From an uncultured delta proteobacterium (GTDB taxonomy: Bacteria > Desulfobacterota > Desulfobacteria > Desulfobacterales > Desulfosalsimonadaceae): a stretch of DNA of 64,000 nt. The DNA lies in contig CAWGYD010000003.1 in the NCBI GenBank assembly GCA_963826785.1, positions 351,270 through 415,269 on the forward strand. The letters are read 5' to 3'. Shown here piece by piece: positions 20,649-31,333 of the stretch (positions are counted from its first letter, which is position 1; each line of letters opens with the position of its first letter). The position numbers and the translations under genes were made by a program. The notes beneath the pieces were generated by a model that did no database searches, was not told where the DNA came from, and saw only the letters and a program-made list of their open reading frames with translations.

Positions 20649-20687
20649 ATATGACCAAATTTAGACCATAAACGGGTCATATGTCAA
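20649..20687 (-). promoter_or_regulatory. phd-parE promoter and operator
   Basis: -35 TTGACA (20687-20682), -10 TAAATT (20663-20658); inverted repeat ATATGACC-N18-GGTCATAT. Confidence 0.65.
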
Positions 20688-20730
20688 GACCGGCCCTGTG
20701 CGGAAGATGCCGCCGGCGGATCTGCCCGTC

Positions 20731-21111
20731 TTATTCCCCCGCCGGGAAGGCGATGGTGCTGATCAGGGCGTTTTCCGACTGGCGGGAATCCAGGCGGGTG
20801 TGCTGGACCACGATCTCCACATCCGATTCGATGACGCTGGCGTAATTGGTCCCTTTGGGGACCGGTTCCGGGTCGGTCAGGTTGTTGAACCGGAAATGCT
20901 GCGTCCTCCGCGGACCGACGGTCAGGTGATAGGGGCCGGCCGGCTCCCGGTCCGAAAAGTAAATATGGATTTCAATGTGGGCTTCGCTGTCGCCGGCGTT
21001 TAAGATGCAGGCGGTCTCGTGGCTGGTGAACTCCGGCTCCGGCCCGTTGCTCCACTCGGGGATGTACCCCTCGGCAATGGCCCACCGCTTGTGTCCGATC
21101 GGCTGGTTCAT
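20731..21111 (-). CDS. Anabaena sensory rhodopsin transducer (ASRT) family protein
   Basis: IGHKRWAIAEGYIP, SHETACILN, YFSDREP, VVQHTRLDSRQ. Confidence 0.85.
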   Translation of the reverse strand: MNQPIGHKRWAIAEGYIPEWSNGPEPEFTSHETACILNAGDSEAHIEIHIYFSDREPAGPYHLTVGPRRTQHFRFNNLTDPEPVPKGTNYASVIESDVEIVVQHTRLDSRQSENALISTIAFPAGE

Positions 21112-21161
21112 GACTTTATCCTTTGGTGGTTTCGTGTTGTTCTTTATTTTTTTAAATCACA

Positions 21162-24095
21162 TTATCTCCGCTGATCCATGTAGCGTCTCTCCGGATACGG
21201 GTCGTCGCCCGAATCCCCCTGCAGGGCCATCAACATCACCTGGGCCAGGTGCAGGGCTTCCCGGTCGGTTAAGCCGACGATCTGCTCCCGGCAGGAAAAG
21301 CCGTTGGCGATGATCAGGGTCTTTTTGTCGGCGTTGCGGACCGCCGGCAGCAGCACCCGCTCGCCGATGGCCCGGGAGATATCGTAATTGCCTTTCCGGA
21401 ACCCGAACGCCCCGGAAACACCGCAGCACCCGGAATCGAGCATCTCGATAGTCCAGGCCCAGCCGGGACAGGACCTTTTCCTCGTCATCCATTTTCATGA
21501 CGGCCTTGTGGGTGCAGTGGCCGTGGACCAGGGCCTTGCGGGACAGATTGGGCAGATCAAACCGGGCTTCCTGTCCGGCCGTGAATTCGCTCAGCAGAAA
21601 CGACTGCTTCGACAGCCGCTGTGCGTCCTGGTCATGGGGAAACAGGTCCACCAGTTCATCCCGGAAGGTGGAAAGGCAGGCGGGCTCCAGGCCGATGACG
21701 GGGATGCCCTCCCGGATCAGGGACCGCAGGGTGTCCACCACCCGTAAAAGCAGCCGCCGGGCCAGGGACAGCATGCCGTAATCGAACAGGGGGCGGCCGC
21801 AGCAGAGGTTTTTCGGGGGGACCAGCACCCGGTATCCGGCCGATTCCAGGACCTCGACTGCGGCCCGGCCGATTTCCGGGTAATAGTAGTTGTTGAAGGT
21901 ATCCGCCCACAGGATCACCCGGGGCCCTTCTGGATGGCGCACCGCACGCTTGGCGAACCAGTCCCGGAAGGTCTGGCGGGCAAAGGGGGGAAACGACCGC
22001 TTTGTTGAAATGCCGGCCGCCTGCTTGATCCAGGTCGCCATGGGCGGGGTCTGCATGAAAAAATTGGCCAGGCGCGGCACATGGGAGGCCATGCGCGACC
22101 ACCAGAAGATCAGGCCCATGGCGTAGGCGTCTCTCGGCCGCAGCCGCCGCCGGTAATAATGGTGCAGGAACTCGGCCTTGTACCGGGCGATGTCCACGTT
22201 GACCGGGCACTCCCCCTTGCAGCTCTTGCAGGACAGGCACAGGTCGAGCGCCTCCTTGACGTGCACTTCCTTCCATCCGCCGGTGAGTTCATTTCCCCGG
22301 AAGAGTTCGAAGAGCATATGCGCGCGCCCCCGGGTGGAGTGCAGTTCCTCCCGGGTGGCCATGTAGCTGGGGCACATGGTGCCCGACATCTCCCCCCGGC
22401 ACTTGCCCACCCCCACGCAGCGCTGGACCGCATAGGGAAAGCTCCCCTTGTCTTCCATGAAGTGAAACACGGTTTTCGGGCTGACCGGGCTGTAGTCGGT
22501 CCCCAGCCGCAGATTTGCGGTGATGGGGTCGGCATCGATGACCTTGCCCGGATTCATTTTCCAGTCCGGGTCCCAGATGGTCTTGAATTCGCGGAAAGCC
22601 TGCATCAAATCTTCGCCGAACATTTTGGACAGCAGTTCCCCCCGGGCCTGGCCGTCGCCGTGCTCGCCGGAAAACGACCCGCCGTATTTCATTACCAGGT
22701 CGGCCGCTTCATGGGCAAATGCATGATAGTGATCGATTCCTTTCCGGGTGGAAAGATCGAAATTAATGCGGGTATGGACGCAGGCCTGGCCGAAATGGCC
22801 GTACAGGGCCGCATGGTAGTCGTACTTTTCAAACAGGCCCCGCAGGTCCCGCAGGTAGTCCCCCAGTTTTTCGGGCGGAACGGCCGAATCCTCCCATCCG
22901 GGCCAGGTATCGTCCGCCCCGGGCACCCGGGCGGTGGCCCCCAGGCCCGACTCCCGGATCTCCCAGACCCGCTTCTCCTGTTTGGGATTGTCATAGAGCT
23001 TCATGGAAGGGGGATTTTTCAAATTTTCCAGGGAACCCATCATCTCCCGGGCGTTCTGGTCGGCTGCTTTCCGATCTTTACCCCCGAATTCCACCAGCAG
23101 CCACCCGCCCCCTTCGGGGAGCAGGTCCAGGTCTTCCACGTGCAGCTCTTTTTTCCGGATGTCATCCACCAGCTGAGCGTCGAATCCTTCCAGGCCCACG
23201 GGCGAATATTTCAGAATGTCGGTGACATGGTCGCCGGCGGCATAGACGTCCGGGTATCCCAGGACCACGGTGACCCGGGCCGGGGGGCTGTGGATCAGGC
23301 GCACCTTTGCCGAAAGGACGGTGGCGCAGGTCCCCTCCGAACCCACCAGGGCCCGGGCCACGTGAAACCCCTTTTCCGGCAGAAGTTCATCCAGGTTGTA
23401 CCCGGACACCCGGCGGGGGATGTCGGGATAGCGCTTTCGGATCTGGTCCGCATACCGGTCCCGCAGGTCTTTTAACCGGGTGTAGATCTCGGCCCGGCGG
23501 CCGCCCTCGTCGATGATCCGCGTAAATTCACCGTCGCCGGTCGCCCCCACCCGCATGCGCAGCCCTTCATAGGTGAGAATCTCCAGGGCCTCGATGTTGT
23601 CCACGGTGCGGCCGGCCATGACCGAATGAACCCCGCAGGAGTTGTTGCCGATCATGCCGCCTAAAGTATTGTGGGAATGGGTGGCCGGGTCCGGCCCGAA
23701 GGTGAGGTGGTGGGCTTCGGCTGCATTTCTCAGCTGGTCCAGGATGACCCCCGGCTGCACCCAGGCGTACTTTTCCCCGGGATTTAGTTCGACGATCTCC
23801 CGCAGGTACTTGGACATGTCCAGGACCACGGCCACGTTGCAGCACTGGCCGGCCAGGCTGGTGCCGCCCCCCCGGGGAAGCACCGGCGCGCCGAACCGGC
23901 GGCAGACCGCCACGCGGCTTCCACGTCCGCTTCTGTTTTCGGGATCACCACCCCGATGGGCACCTGGCGGTAATTGGAGCCGTCGGTGGCATACAGCGCC
24001 CGGCTGCCGGCATCGAACCGGACCTCCCCCTCGATGCGGGCCTTGAGTTCAGCGGCCAGGGCATCGGTTTCGCCGGGTTCTTCCCGGTCATTCAT
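21162..24095 (-). CDS. FAD-binding/FeS 2-hydroxyacid oxidoreductase (GlcD-GlcF/YdiJ-like); frameshifts at ~23914 and ~21448
   Basis: YATDGSNY, RGGGTSLAGQ, GEHGDG, CVGVGKC, CLSCKSC..ECP, CCG domains. Confidence 0.85.
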
Positions 24096-24159
24096 CCAGT
24101 TGCGAAAGAAATCAAAAGCCACAAATTGACTCCCATATTGGATCATATTAGTTCGAACG

Positions 24160-24472
24160 GCCGCCCCTTTAATTCCTCTTTCGAGAGGTGCAGCGGCTTC
24201 GAGGAGGTTAACTCGGCAAATGATTTTAAAATTTAAAATAACTGTATTCTTTTGTTTCCGCCGGGTCCGACACCCCCCTTCGCCCCCCTCAAGGGGGGAA
24301 TTGATTGTGATTTCAAAGTCTAATTCCCCATCAGGATGGGAATTTGAGCGTAATTTCAAGGTCTAATCCCTCTTTGAGGTGGGAATCAAAGATCCCTTCC
24401 GTTTCTCTCAAGGGGGAGGGTATTGACCATTTTTTCTTAATTCCCCCCTTGAGGGGGGCCAGGGGGGTGTCC
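24160..24472. repeat. Repeat R6 (reverse-oriented element with internal units)
   Basis: Inverted ends at 24268-24302 and 24439-24470; the internal reverse complement CTTGAAATTACG.TCAAAT matches ~61919 and ~41394. Confidence 0.85.
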
Positions 24473-24538
24473 CGACGGTGGCCGTTATGATTCGCAAATT
24501 CCTTCCTGCAAAAACATCGTGCGGCGGAATGAAGAGCC

Positions 24539-25603
24539 TTACATTTCTCCCAACAGCTTTTCTATGGCCGACATCACCTGATCGGTCCCTATCGCTTCGA
24601 TACACCCGTCTTTTTCCTTCAGGCAGCGGCCCTGCACAATGCAGTCCGAGGGCCCGAAGGCTTCCGTCTTCCGGTATTCGCAGGTGTCTTTTCCGGCCAT
24701 TGCAGCGGCTCGCGGACCCGGCGGCAGGTACAGCGCCGGGGAAGTGGGGCCGAATACCGCGGCCACGGCAGTTCCGGCGGCAGCGGCCATGTGCATCAGG
24801 CCGGTGTCATTGCAGACGAACAGTTCCATGCGGGCAAGCAGGGCCGCCACCCGCTGCAGGTGAAGCGCCCCCACGGCGACCACCCGATCCCTGCGGCCGA
24901 TGGCTTCAAGCAGCTGCCCCCCCGCATCTTCCCCGGGGCCGCAGAACACCAGGAGATGAAAATCATGATCGTTCACCAGGCGCCCGGCGATCTCGGCAAG
25001 GCGGCCCTGGGGCCACTGCTTCAAAGCCGAAGAAGCCACCGGCGAGATGGCGGCCAGGCGATGGGCGCTCAGATCATACCGGTTCAAAAACATCTGCGCA
25101 AAAATCCGGTCTTTCCTGGAGATATGCAGAGCAGGAATCCGATCGGCGGGCACATCCATGCCCCAGCCGTCCCGGATGGAGCACCGGATGGCCTCCGGCC
25201 CGTTCTGACCGGGGCGGCAGAACGGCGTGGGCGAGTCGAAGATGGTTTTCTTTGTCTTCCAGATGGCTTCACGCACGGCGATTACCGCATGGGAGGGATC
25301 GAGAATCAGGTCAAAGTCCTTTTCCGCAAGCCATTTTTGAAGTTTTTCGTCGATTTGGGGGGTGCCGCCATCCCCCCAGTGCCCCAGCCCCCAATCCTGG
25401 ACCGTGAATATTGCATCCAGGCGGGGATCGTTTTCCAGCAGTTCAACGGCCGGGCCTGCGCCCAGCCCGGAAATGAAGGCATCGGGAAGGGTGCGGCGAA
25501 GGGTTTCGAGCACCGGCATTTCCATGACCACATCGCCGATGCCGTAGCGCAGGCACATAAGTACCCGTTTGGCGGCTGGAAGCGTCATGGCCGGAGGGCT
25601 CAT
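24539..25603 (-). CDS. Glycosyltransferase family 9
   Basis: YGIGDVVM, KQWP, CNDTGLMHMAAA, VFGPT; ATGA overlap with the upstream gene. Confidence 0.85.
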   Translation of the reverse strand: MSPPAMTLPAAKRVLMCLRYGIGDVVMEMPVLETLRRTLPDAFISGLGAGPAVELLENDPRLDAIFTVQDWGLGHWGDGGTPQIDEKLQKWLAEKDFDLILDPSHAVIAVREAIWKTKKTIFDSPTPFCRPGQNGPEAIRCSIRDGWGMDVPADRIPALHISRKDRIFAQMFLNRYDLSAHRLAAISPVASSALKQWPQGRLAEIAGRLVNDHDFHLLVFCGPGEDAGGQLLEAIGRRDRVVAVGALHLQRVAALLARMELFVCNDTGLMHMAAAAGTAVAAVFGPTSPALYLPPGPRAAAMAGKDTCEYRKTEAFGPSDCIVQGRCLKEKDGCIEAIGTDQVMSAIEKLLGEM

Positions 25604-26454
25604 GAGACCGGTTTCTGGCCGGTGGCGGCCCGGAATTCTTCGGCATTCCAGGTGGTCACGCAGGAAGGGGCTTCCGGGTCGGGCGCACACAGATAGACTT
25701 CCGTCCCCGGCCGGGATATGACCTTCATTCCGCTGGAGCGAAGCATCGCCTCCACCGCCGCATGGTTGGCCGCCCACCAGTTGGTGGGGTCGTTTGAAAA
25801 CCGGTACTCGATAAACGCCATCTTGGGCCAGCCTTCCTCGAGGAAGACCTTGCGCTCGCCGATCTCGTGATCGCCGATATCCGGATACACCGCTTCTCCC
25901 GGCATGGTCAGGGTCTGGAACACCATCAGGCGCCTGACCCTGCGCGAGACGATGTCCAGCCCCAGAAGCGGGTACCGCAGGTGGTAGAACACCCCCAGAA
26001 ACAGGACCAGGTCATATGTTTGGTCATGGTTTGCCAGATCATAGACCTGCATCTTCTCAAAGCGCACCCGCCCCGCAAGGCCGTATTTTTCGGCAGCCCA
26101 CCGGGCCTGGGTCAGGTAATGCGCGTTGGCGTCGATGCCGGTGACGGCGGCGCCCCGGCGGGCCAGTTCAAAACTGTAGAAGCCCGCGTTGCAGCCGATA
26201 TCCAGAACCGACCACCCGGTCAGATTCCGGGGCAGCGCGTCGGCGAGTTCCTGCCACTTATAAGCCGGAAAATCCCCCAGGAAATGATCCGGCGCCGTCT
26301 GTATCCCGCCGGGAAGATGCAGGTTGTGAAACCATGGGGACAGGGATGCGATTTCATCGAGAAGATCCGGCGAACAGGCCTTGTGCGCACTGCCGCCGGA
26401 ATGCGGTGCCGTCGGCGGGGTCAAATTTTCAGACATATCCCCAAAGGCAGCCAT
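25600..26454 (-). CDS. TIGR04290-family SAM methyltransferase
   Basis: PWFHNLHL, FLGDFP..KW, LDIGCNAGFYS, GVFYHLRYPLL, DPTNWW. Confidence 0.8.
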   Translation of the reverse strand: MAAFGDMSENLTPPTAPHSGGSAHKACSPDLLDEIASLSPWFHNLHLPGGIQTAPDHFLGDFPAYKWQELADALPRNLTGWSVLDIGCNAGFYSFELARRGAAVTGIDANAHYLTQARWAAEKYGLAGRVRFEKMQVYDLANHDQTYDLVLFLGVFYHLRYPLLGLDIVSRRVRRLMVFQTLTMPGEAVYPDIGDHEIGERKVFLEEGWPKMAFIEYRFSNDPTNWWAANHAAVEAMLRSSGMKVISRPGTEVYLCAPDPEAPSCVTTWNAEEFRAATGQKPVS

Positions 26455-26456
26455 CT

Positions 26457-27539
26457 TCAGTTCATCTTCCGGGCGGCGGCTTCAAACACATGGTTTTCCA
26501 ACTCCCGGGCCCGATGGGTTGCCGTGTGGGCATCCATGACCTTCTCCCGGGCCCTTTCGGCCATTTTCCGGCATTCCGACCGGGTCAGGTTCCGCAGATA
26601 GAAAAGCGTTTCCTCGGCGGATTTGCTGATCAGGATTTCCTCATCCGGGGTAAAGAAGGCATCCAGGCCCGGCCAGTGATCACTGATGATGGGGGTGCCA
26701 CAGGCCGCGGCCTCGAACAGCCGCACACTGGGGGACCAGCCGCTCTCGATCATGTCTTCGCGGGTCACATTCAAGGTGAACCGCTGGGAGTTGTAGAACC
26801 CGCAGTGGTCCTTGGGGGACAGGTGATGAATGTGCAGCGTATTTTCAGGCCATGAAATGGAATCGGGAAACTGTGATCCGGCCACGATGAATTTTCCCTC
26901 CCGCCATTGCCGGGCCGGCTCCAGCATCAGTTTCTCCAGGGGCGGCTGACGGTCCTCGCTGTATGTCCCCATGTATCCCAGGTCATAGGAGGGCAGAACA
27001 TTCTGGGGATGATAATCCCGCGTGTCCGCACAGCAGTAAAGGGCGCGGGCCGCAGGCGATCCGTAGGTCTTCTCCAGCAGGTCCAGCGTGGGGCCGCCGG
27101 TGAACGAAAAATAAAGATGAAACCGCGGAATCAGGTCCGGCTTCAGGTATTCATGATCACCGCGCTTCAGCTTGGCCAGCGTCACCGGGGTGTCGATATC
27201 GTAAAATGCGGTGATGCCCCCGGCTTCTTCCAGCACCCATTCACACACGGCCACCCCTTCGGGAACATAGGAGCCGACGATGACCAGGTCGGCTTCCTTA
27301 ACGGCGATGGCATATTTATTCTTCAGTTCGGCCAGGTCGTTGTACAATCCGATGCGCACCCAGTCCGCATAGGGCATATCCCGGGCGCCCGCATACCAGG
27401 GGACGTTTCGCTCCAGAAACAAAACGCGATGGCCCAGCGCCGCGATTTCCCGCACCAGGCCCCGATATGTGACCGCATGGCCGTTTCCCCAGGAAGAGGT
27501 AATGGATAACCCCAGTATGACGACGTTCAGGTTTGTCAT
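26457..27539 (-). CDS. CgeB-family glycosyltransferase
   Basis: GLSITSSWGNGHA, FYDIDTP, GTYSEDRQP, SVRLFEAAACG. Confidence 0.85.
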   Translation of the reverse strand: MTNLNVVILGLSITSSWGNGHAVTYRGLVREIAALGHRVLFLERNVPWYAGARDMPYADWVRIGLYNDLAELKNKYAIAVKEADLVIVGSYVPEGVAVCEWVLEEAGGITAFYDIDTPVTLAKLKRGDHEYLKPDLIPRFHLYFSFTGGPTLDLLEKTYGSPAARALYCCADTRDYHPQNVLPSYDLGYMGTYSEDRQPPLEKLMLEPARQWREGKFIVAGSQFPDSISWPENTLHIHHLSPKDHCGFYNSQRFTLNVTREDMIESGWSPSVRLFEAAACGTPIISDHWPGLDAFFTPDEEILISKSAEETLFYLRNLTRSECRKMAERAREKVMDAHTATHRARELENHVFEAAARKMN

Positions 27540-27555
27540 TTTCAATCCTTCCCGT

Positions 27556-28644
27556 TCAAATATCCAGATCTTGAAAAATTTCCTCCAATTGCCGGCCCCG
27601 GTGGGCATAGGTGTGCTCCCCCAGCACCCGCGCCATGGCCGCGGACCCGATCTTCCGGGAGCGCTCGCGGGTGAGGTCGAAGAGAAGGTCTTTAACCTCT
27701 TCGCCGCTTTTTGCCACCAGGCATTCCTTCCCGGGCTCCAGGAACAGCTCGATCCCCTCCCAGGCATCGGTGATGATACAGGCCCCGGCCCCGGCCGCCT
27801 CAAACACCCGTGTGGGCGGCGAAAACCCGAACCGGGCCATGCCGTCTCGGTTGATGTTCAACACCGCCATGGGGGTGCAGTTGAAGGCATTGTGATCGGC
27901 CGTGTAGACATGGCCGAGGTAATTGAGATTGGCCAGATCCGGGATGTTTCTGTCCCAGCCGCTGCCGCCCAGGATGAACCGGTGAGCGGGCATGCTTTTT
28001 GCCGGTGTGAAGAAAAAATCCCACACCCGCGCTTCCCGGTCCGGCATGCGGTTGCCCAGAAAAGCCAGGCTTCCGTCAAAGCGCACGTCCGATTCGACCC
28101 GGTAATGGGTGTCTTCATCCAGGGCATTGTAGACGGGAATGCACGCTTTTGCCGAAAATTTCATATAGGCGTTCACCACGGGATCACCGCCGCCATAGGT
28201 CAGGATGAGGTCGTATCGGGGGATGCACCGGCGAAACGGGTCATCGGGGTTTTGTGCAATCCGCTCCAGGGTCGCCGGGGCATCCACATCCCAGAACAGC
28301 ACCCGGCGGCCCGGGCTCTGAAGATCGAGCACCGCCGATTCCAGGTATTCATCAAATACCCCCACCCCGCTGGCCTTGATGATGATGTCCGCACCCTCCG
28401 CTTCTTCCAGGGCGGCGTTTACCCCCGCCTCATCTGCGGGATAGACCACGCTCTTTGCATACGGGGGATCGTCGATGTCCCGGTGCTTCTGCCGGTCATA
28501 GGCATCCGGCTCGTAAAAGGTCACCCGGTGGCCCTGGCCGGCCAGCGCCCGGATGATTCCCCGGTAATAGGTGGCCGCACCGTTCCAGTAGGCGGACACC
28601 AGGCTCGATCCGAAAAAGGCGATATCGAAGGTACGCTTGGTCAT
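27556..28644 (-). CDS. CgeB-family glycosyltransferase
   Basis: GSSLVSAYWNGAATYYRG, FWDVDAP, PTRVFEAAGAG, HTYAHR. Confidence 0.85.
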   Translation of the reverse strand: MTKRTFDIAFFGSSLVSAYWNGAATYYRGIIRALAGQGHRVTFYEPDAYDRQKHRDIDDPPYAKSVVYPADEAGVNAALEEAEGADIIIKASGVGVFDEYLESAVLDLQSPGRRVLFWDVDAPATLERIAQNPDDPFRRCIPRYDLILTYGGGDPVVNAYMKFSAKACIPVYNALDEDTHYRVESDVRFDGSLAFLGNRMPDREARVWDFFFTPAKSMPAHRFILGGSGWDRNIPDLANLNYLGHVYTADHNAFNCTPMAVLNINRDGMARFGFSPPTRVFEAAGAGACIITDAWEGIELFLEPGKECLVAKSGEEVKDLLFDLTRERSRKIGSAAMARVLGEHTYAHRGRQLEEIFQDLDI

Positions 28645-28659
28645 TCTCAATTTTCCTTT

Positions 28660-29817
28660 TCAATCCAGCCGTGCTGAAAACACATGGCCGGAGGCCGCTT
28701 CATCGGGCACCGGGCATCCTTTCATCCCTGTTTCCGCGCAGATATTCATCAGTTCATCCACCCGATGGGCGCAGGTGTGGCGCGAAAGGATAGTCCGGCG
28801 GCCGTGCGCCGCCAGCGCGCCCGCCCGATCCGGATCGGAAAGAAGCGTTCGCATGTGCTTTTTCATTTCCCAGCCGTTTCTTGCCACCAGGTAATCGGAT
28901 CCGGGCGTGAACAGGTGCTCGCTGTCCTCCCAGTTGGCGCAGATCAGGGGAATTCCGCAGGCCAGCGCCTCAAAGGGCCGGATGGTGGGGATCCCCTTGA
29001 GCATGTGGACATAAGGCTGACGGGGAATGTGCAGGGTGAACAAAAATTTCGCAAACACGGCCGGAACCTTGTGATTGGCCAGCCAGCCGCCGTATTCGAT
29101 GTGGTTTTCCGCCAGCATCCGCAGCCCCTGGGGCGGATACTGGACCCCGTAGGCTTTTGCCTTAAGGCCAAGCGCATGTGCCGGTTCCAGCAGAAATTCG
29201 ATGTAGGCCCCGGTCCGCTCCTCGTCCCCCCAGTTTCCGATCCAGACCAGGTCGCCTTCCGGCGGCCGCCTTTGCCGGGGAAGCGGGCGAAAAATCCGGG
29301 TGTCCGCCGCCTCGTGCCAGGTCCATGCCTGCCGGCTCCAGCCGTTTTTCTCGTATATCTCGCGGATGGCCTCTCCGTAGGCCAGCACCCCGTCATAGGC
29401 GGAAAGATCGTAGGCGCGCATGTTGCCGGGTTCACTGATCACCCGGTGGTGGGTGTCATGAAAAAAAAGCCGGTAATGGGAGTGGCGCGACCGGTGCGCG
29501 CCGATGGCCGCCACCAGTTCATGGGTGTTCCATTCGTGCACCAGCACCAGGTCGACGTCATCAAGTTCAGACTCCAGGTCCAGGCTCTCCTGCCGGTAAA
29601 ACCGGCTGATCAGCCGGGGGAAGGTCAGATGAAAATCCATGATGGGCGTCTGGCCGTGCCCGGCGGTGAGATTTTTTAAACTCCAGCCGTTTTCCGGTTC
29701 ATAGATACGCACCTCATGGCCCCGGTCCTGGAGTTCGGCGGCGATCCCCCTTAAGAAATGGGCGTTTCCGTGATTCCAGTCGGATACCAGGGAATGATAG
29801 AACATCGCGATCTTCAT
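28660..29817 (-). CDS. CgeB-family glycosyltransferase
   Basis: HSLVSDWNHGNAHFLRG, FHDTHHR, TIRPFEALACG, HTCAHR. Confidence 0.85.
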   Translation of the reverse strand: MKIAMFYHSLVSDWNHGNAHFLRGIAAELQDRGHEVRIYEPENGWSLKNLTAGHGQTPIMDFHLTFPRLISRFYRQESLDLESELDDVDLVLVHEWNTHELVAAIGAHRSRHSHYRLFFHDTHHRVISEPGNMRAYDLSAYDGVLAYGEAIREIYEKNGWSRQAWTWHEAADTRIFRPLPRQRRPPEGDLVWIGNWGDEERTGAYIEFLLEPAHALGLKAKAYGVQYPPQGLRMLAENHIEYGGWLANHKVPAVFAKFLFTLHIPRQPYVHMLKGIPTIRPFEALACGIPLICANWEDSEHLFTPGSDYLVARNGWEMKKHMRTLLSDPDRAGALAAHGRRTILSRHTCAHRVDELMNICAETGMKGCPVPDEAASGHVFSARLD

Positions 29818-31018
29818 CGATAAAGCACCCTTTCCCCCATGGCCTGCTGTCCGGCTCTGACCGGGGCCGTCTTGCGGACCGGTGCCCGGCGGCACCGGCG
29901 CATGCCGGCATAGAGCCGCAAATAGGCGTCAACGGTCCGGCTCGGAGCGAACTGGAGGGCACGGCTGCGGGCCCGATGGGCAAAGCGTTTGAGCATCATC
30001 GGGTCGCCGATCAGCCGGTTGATCGCGGTGATCAGCTCCTCCTCTTTTTCCGGATGGACGTAGAAGGCGGCGTCCTCCCAGACTTCCCGCAAACTGGGGA
30101 TGTCGCCCAATACCAGGGCGCAGCCGGCCAGTCCGGCCTCCAGGGCCGACAGGCCGAAAGGCTCATACCGGGCCGGGAGGGCAAAAATGGATGCCCGCTT
30201 CAGGCAGTCCGCCATTTCGGTGCGATTCAACCGCCCCAGGTGCTTGGCCTGCTGAAATGACGTGGACGAGCCATCCGGATGGCTGCACGCCCCGGCCATC
30301 TCCACCGGCCAGGAAAGCCGGTGCGCGGCCTTTTCCAGGAGTGCCGCGTTTTTGCCCTCATCCCACAGCCTTCCGGCGGTCATCACCAGGGGCGCTTTCT
30401 TCCCGGGGGGAAATTCCGACGGGGCGCGGCAGTTAAAGATGGGATGGGCGGCATTGAATTGGCCGTAATGAAACTGGAGGCTCTCCAGCATGGCGCGTGT
30501 CGGTGCGGTCACCCGGTCCGCCCCGCGCAGTCCCCGCCTCACGGCCTTGAGGTAAGTCTTCCATTTTTCCGGGGGAGCGCAGCCGTGCACCGCGGCATAC
30601 CAGGAATAGACGCAGGAATGCCCGACGATGAGCACCGGCGCATGAAAGGAGAGATGGCCATGGGCGAAATGATTGAGATGGACGATGTCCGGCCGGACTT
30701 CCGATTCCAGTCCCAGCAGCCAGTACCCCGCAGCCCGTACATCCTGCCAGGGGTCCTCCATCCATTCCAGGGCGAAGGCGCTTTCATACACCTCCACCCG
30801 CGGATGGCGGCCACTTCTGCTCGCTGTTGGGTGCTCATGGGCTGTCCCAGGGTGGCGAGCACCACCTCGATGCCGCGCTCCGAAAGCCCCCGGATCAGTT
30901 CGACCGCATAGGAGAAGACGCCGCCGATGGTATCGGAAGTCATCAGTATCCTGTGGATACCCGATTTAAAAGCCCCTGCCGGCGGCCGGGTTCGGATCAT
31001 ACCGGTATTTATCTTCAT
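29814..31018 (-). CDS. GT4 glycosyltransferase; -1 frameshift at ~30798
   Basis: ILMTSDTIGGVFSY joins EVYESAFALEWM; GRLWDEGKN, YEPFGLSALEA. Confidence 0.85.
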
Positions 31019-31021
31019 GGG

Positions 31022-31309
31022 TCAGTGCCTGCTGACGAATTTAAAGAAACGGCTCTGCTTGCCCTCCTTCGTCTCGTCCTGATGGAGGAAGGCCACACCG
31101 GATTCATCGAATTTCTTAAAGAATTCTTCCCAGGAAATCTTCTGAAGGTCTTCATCCGTGCTGTAATCCGGGAAATGGATGCGCAGCAGGCCCGCATGCT
31201 CTCCCGACTGCTCGGTGCCCTTCACGCTGGCCGGGACGCCGTTTCGCGATTCGACCCATTTCTTGATGGTGTCATGATCGATTGTGGTATTGGATTCTGC
31301 TTCTTTCAT
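31022..31309 (-). CDS. Small conserved hypothetical protein
   Basis: RBS GGAG; TTIDHDTIKKW, GLLRIHFP, ISWEEFFKKFD, SRFFKFV pattern. Confidence 0.75.
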   Translation of the reverse strand: MKEAESNTTIDHDTIKKWVESRNGVPASVKGTEQSGEHAGLLRIHFPDYSTDEDLQKISWEEFFKKFDESGVAFLHQDETKEGKQSRFFKFVSRH

Positions 31310-31333
31310 GGGTTTTCTCCAGATGAGTTGATG

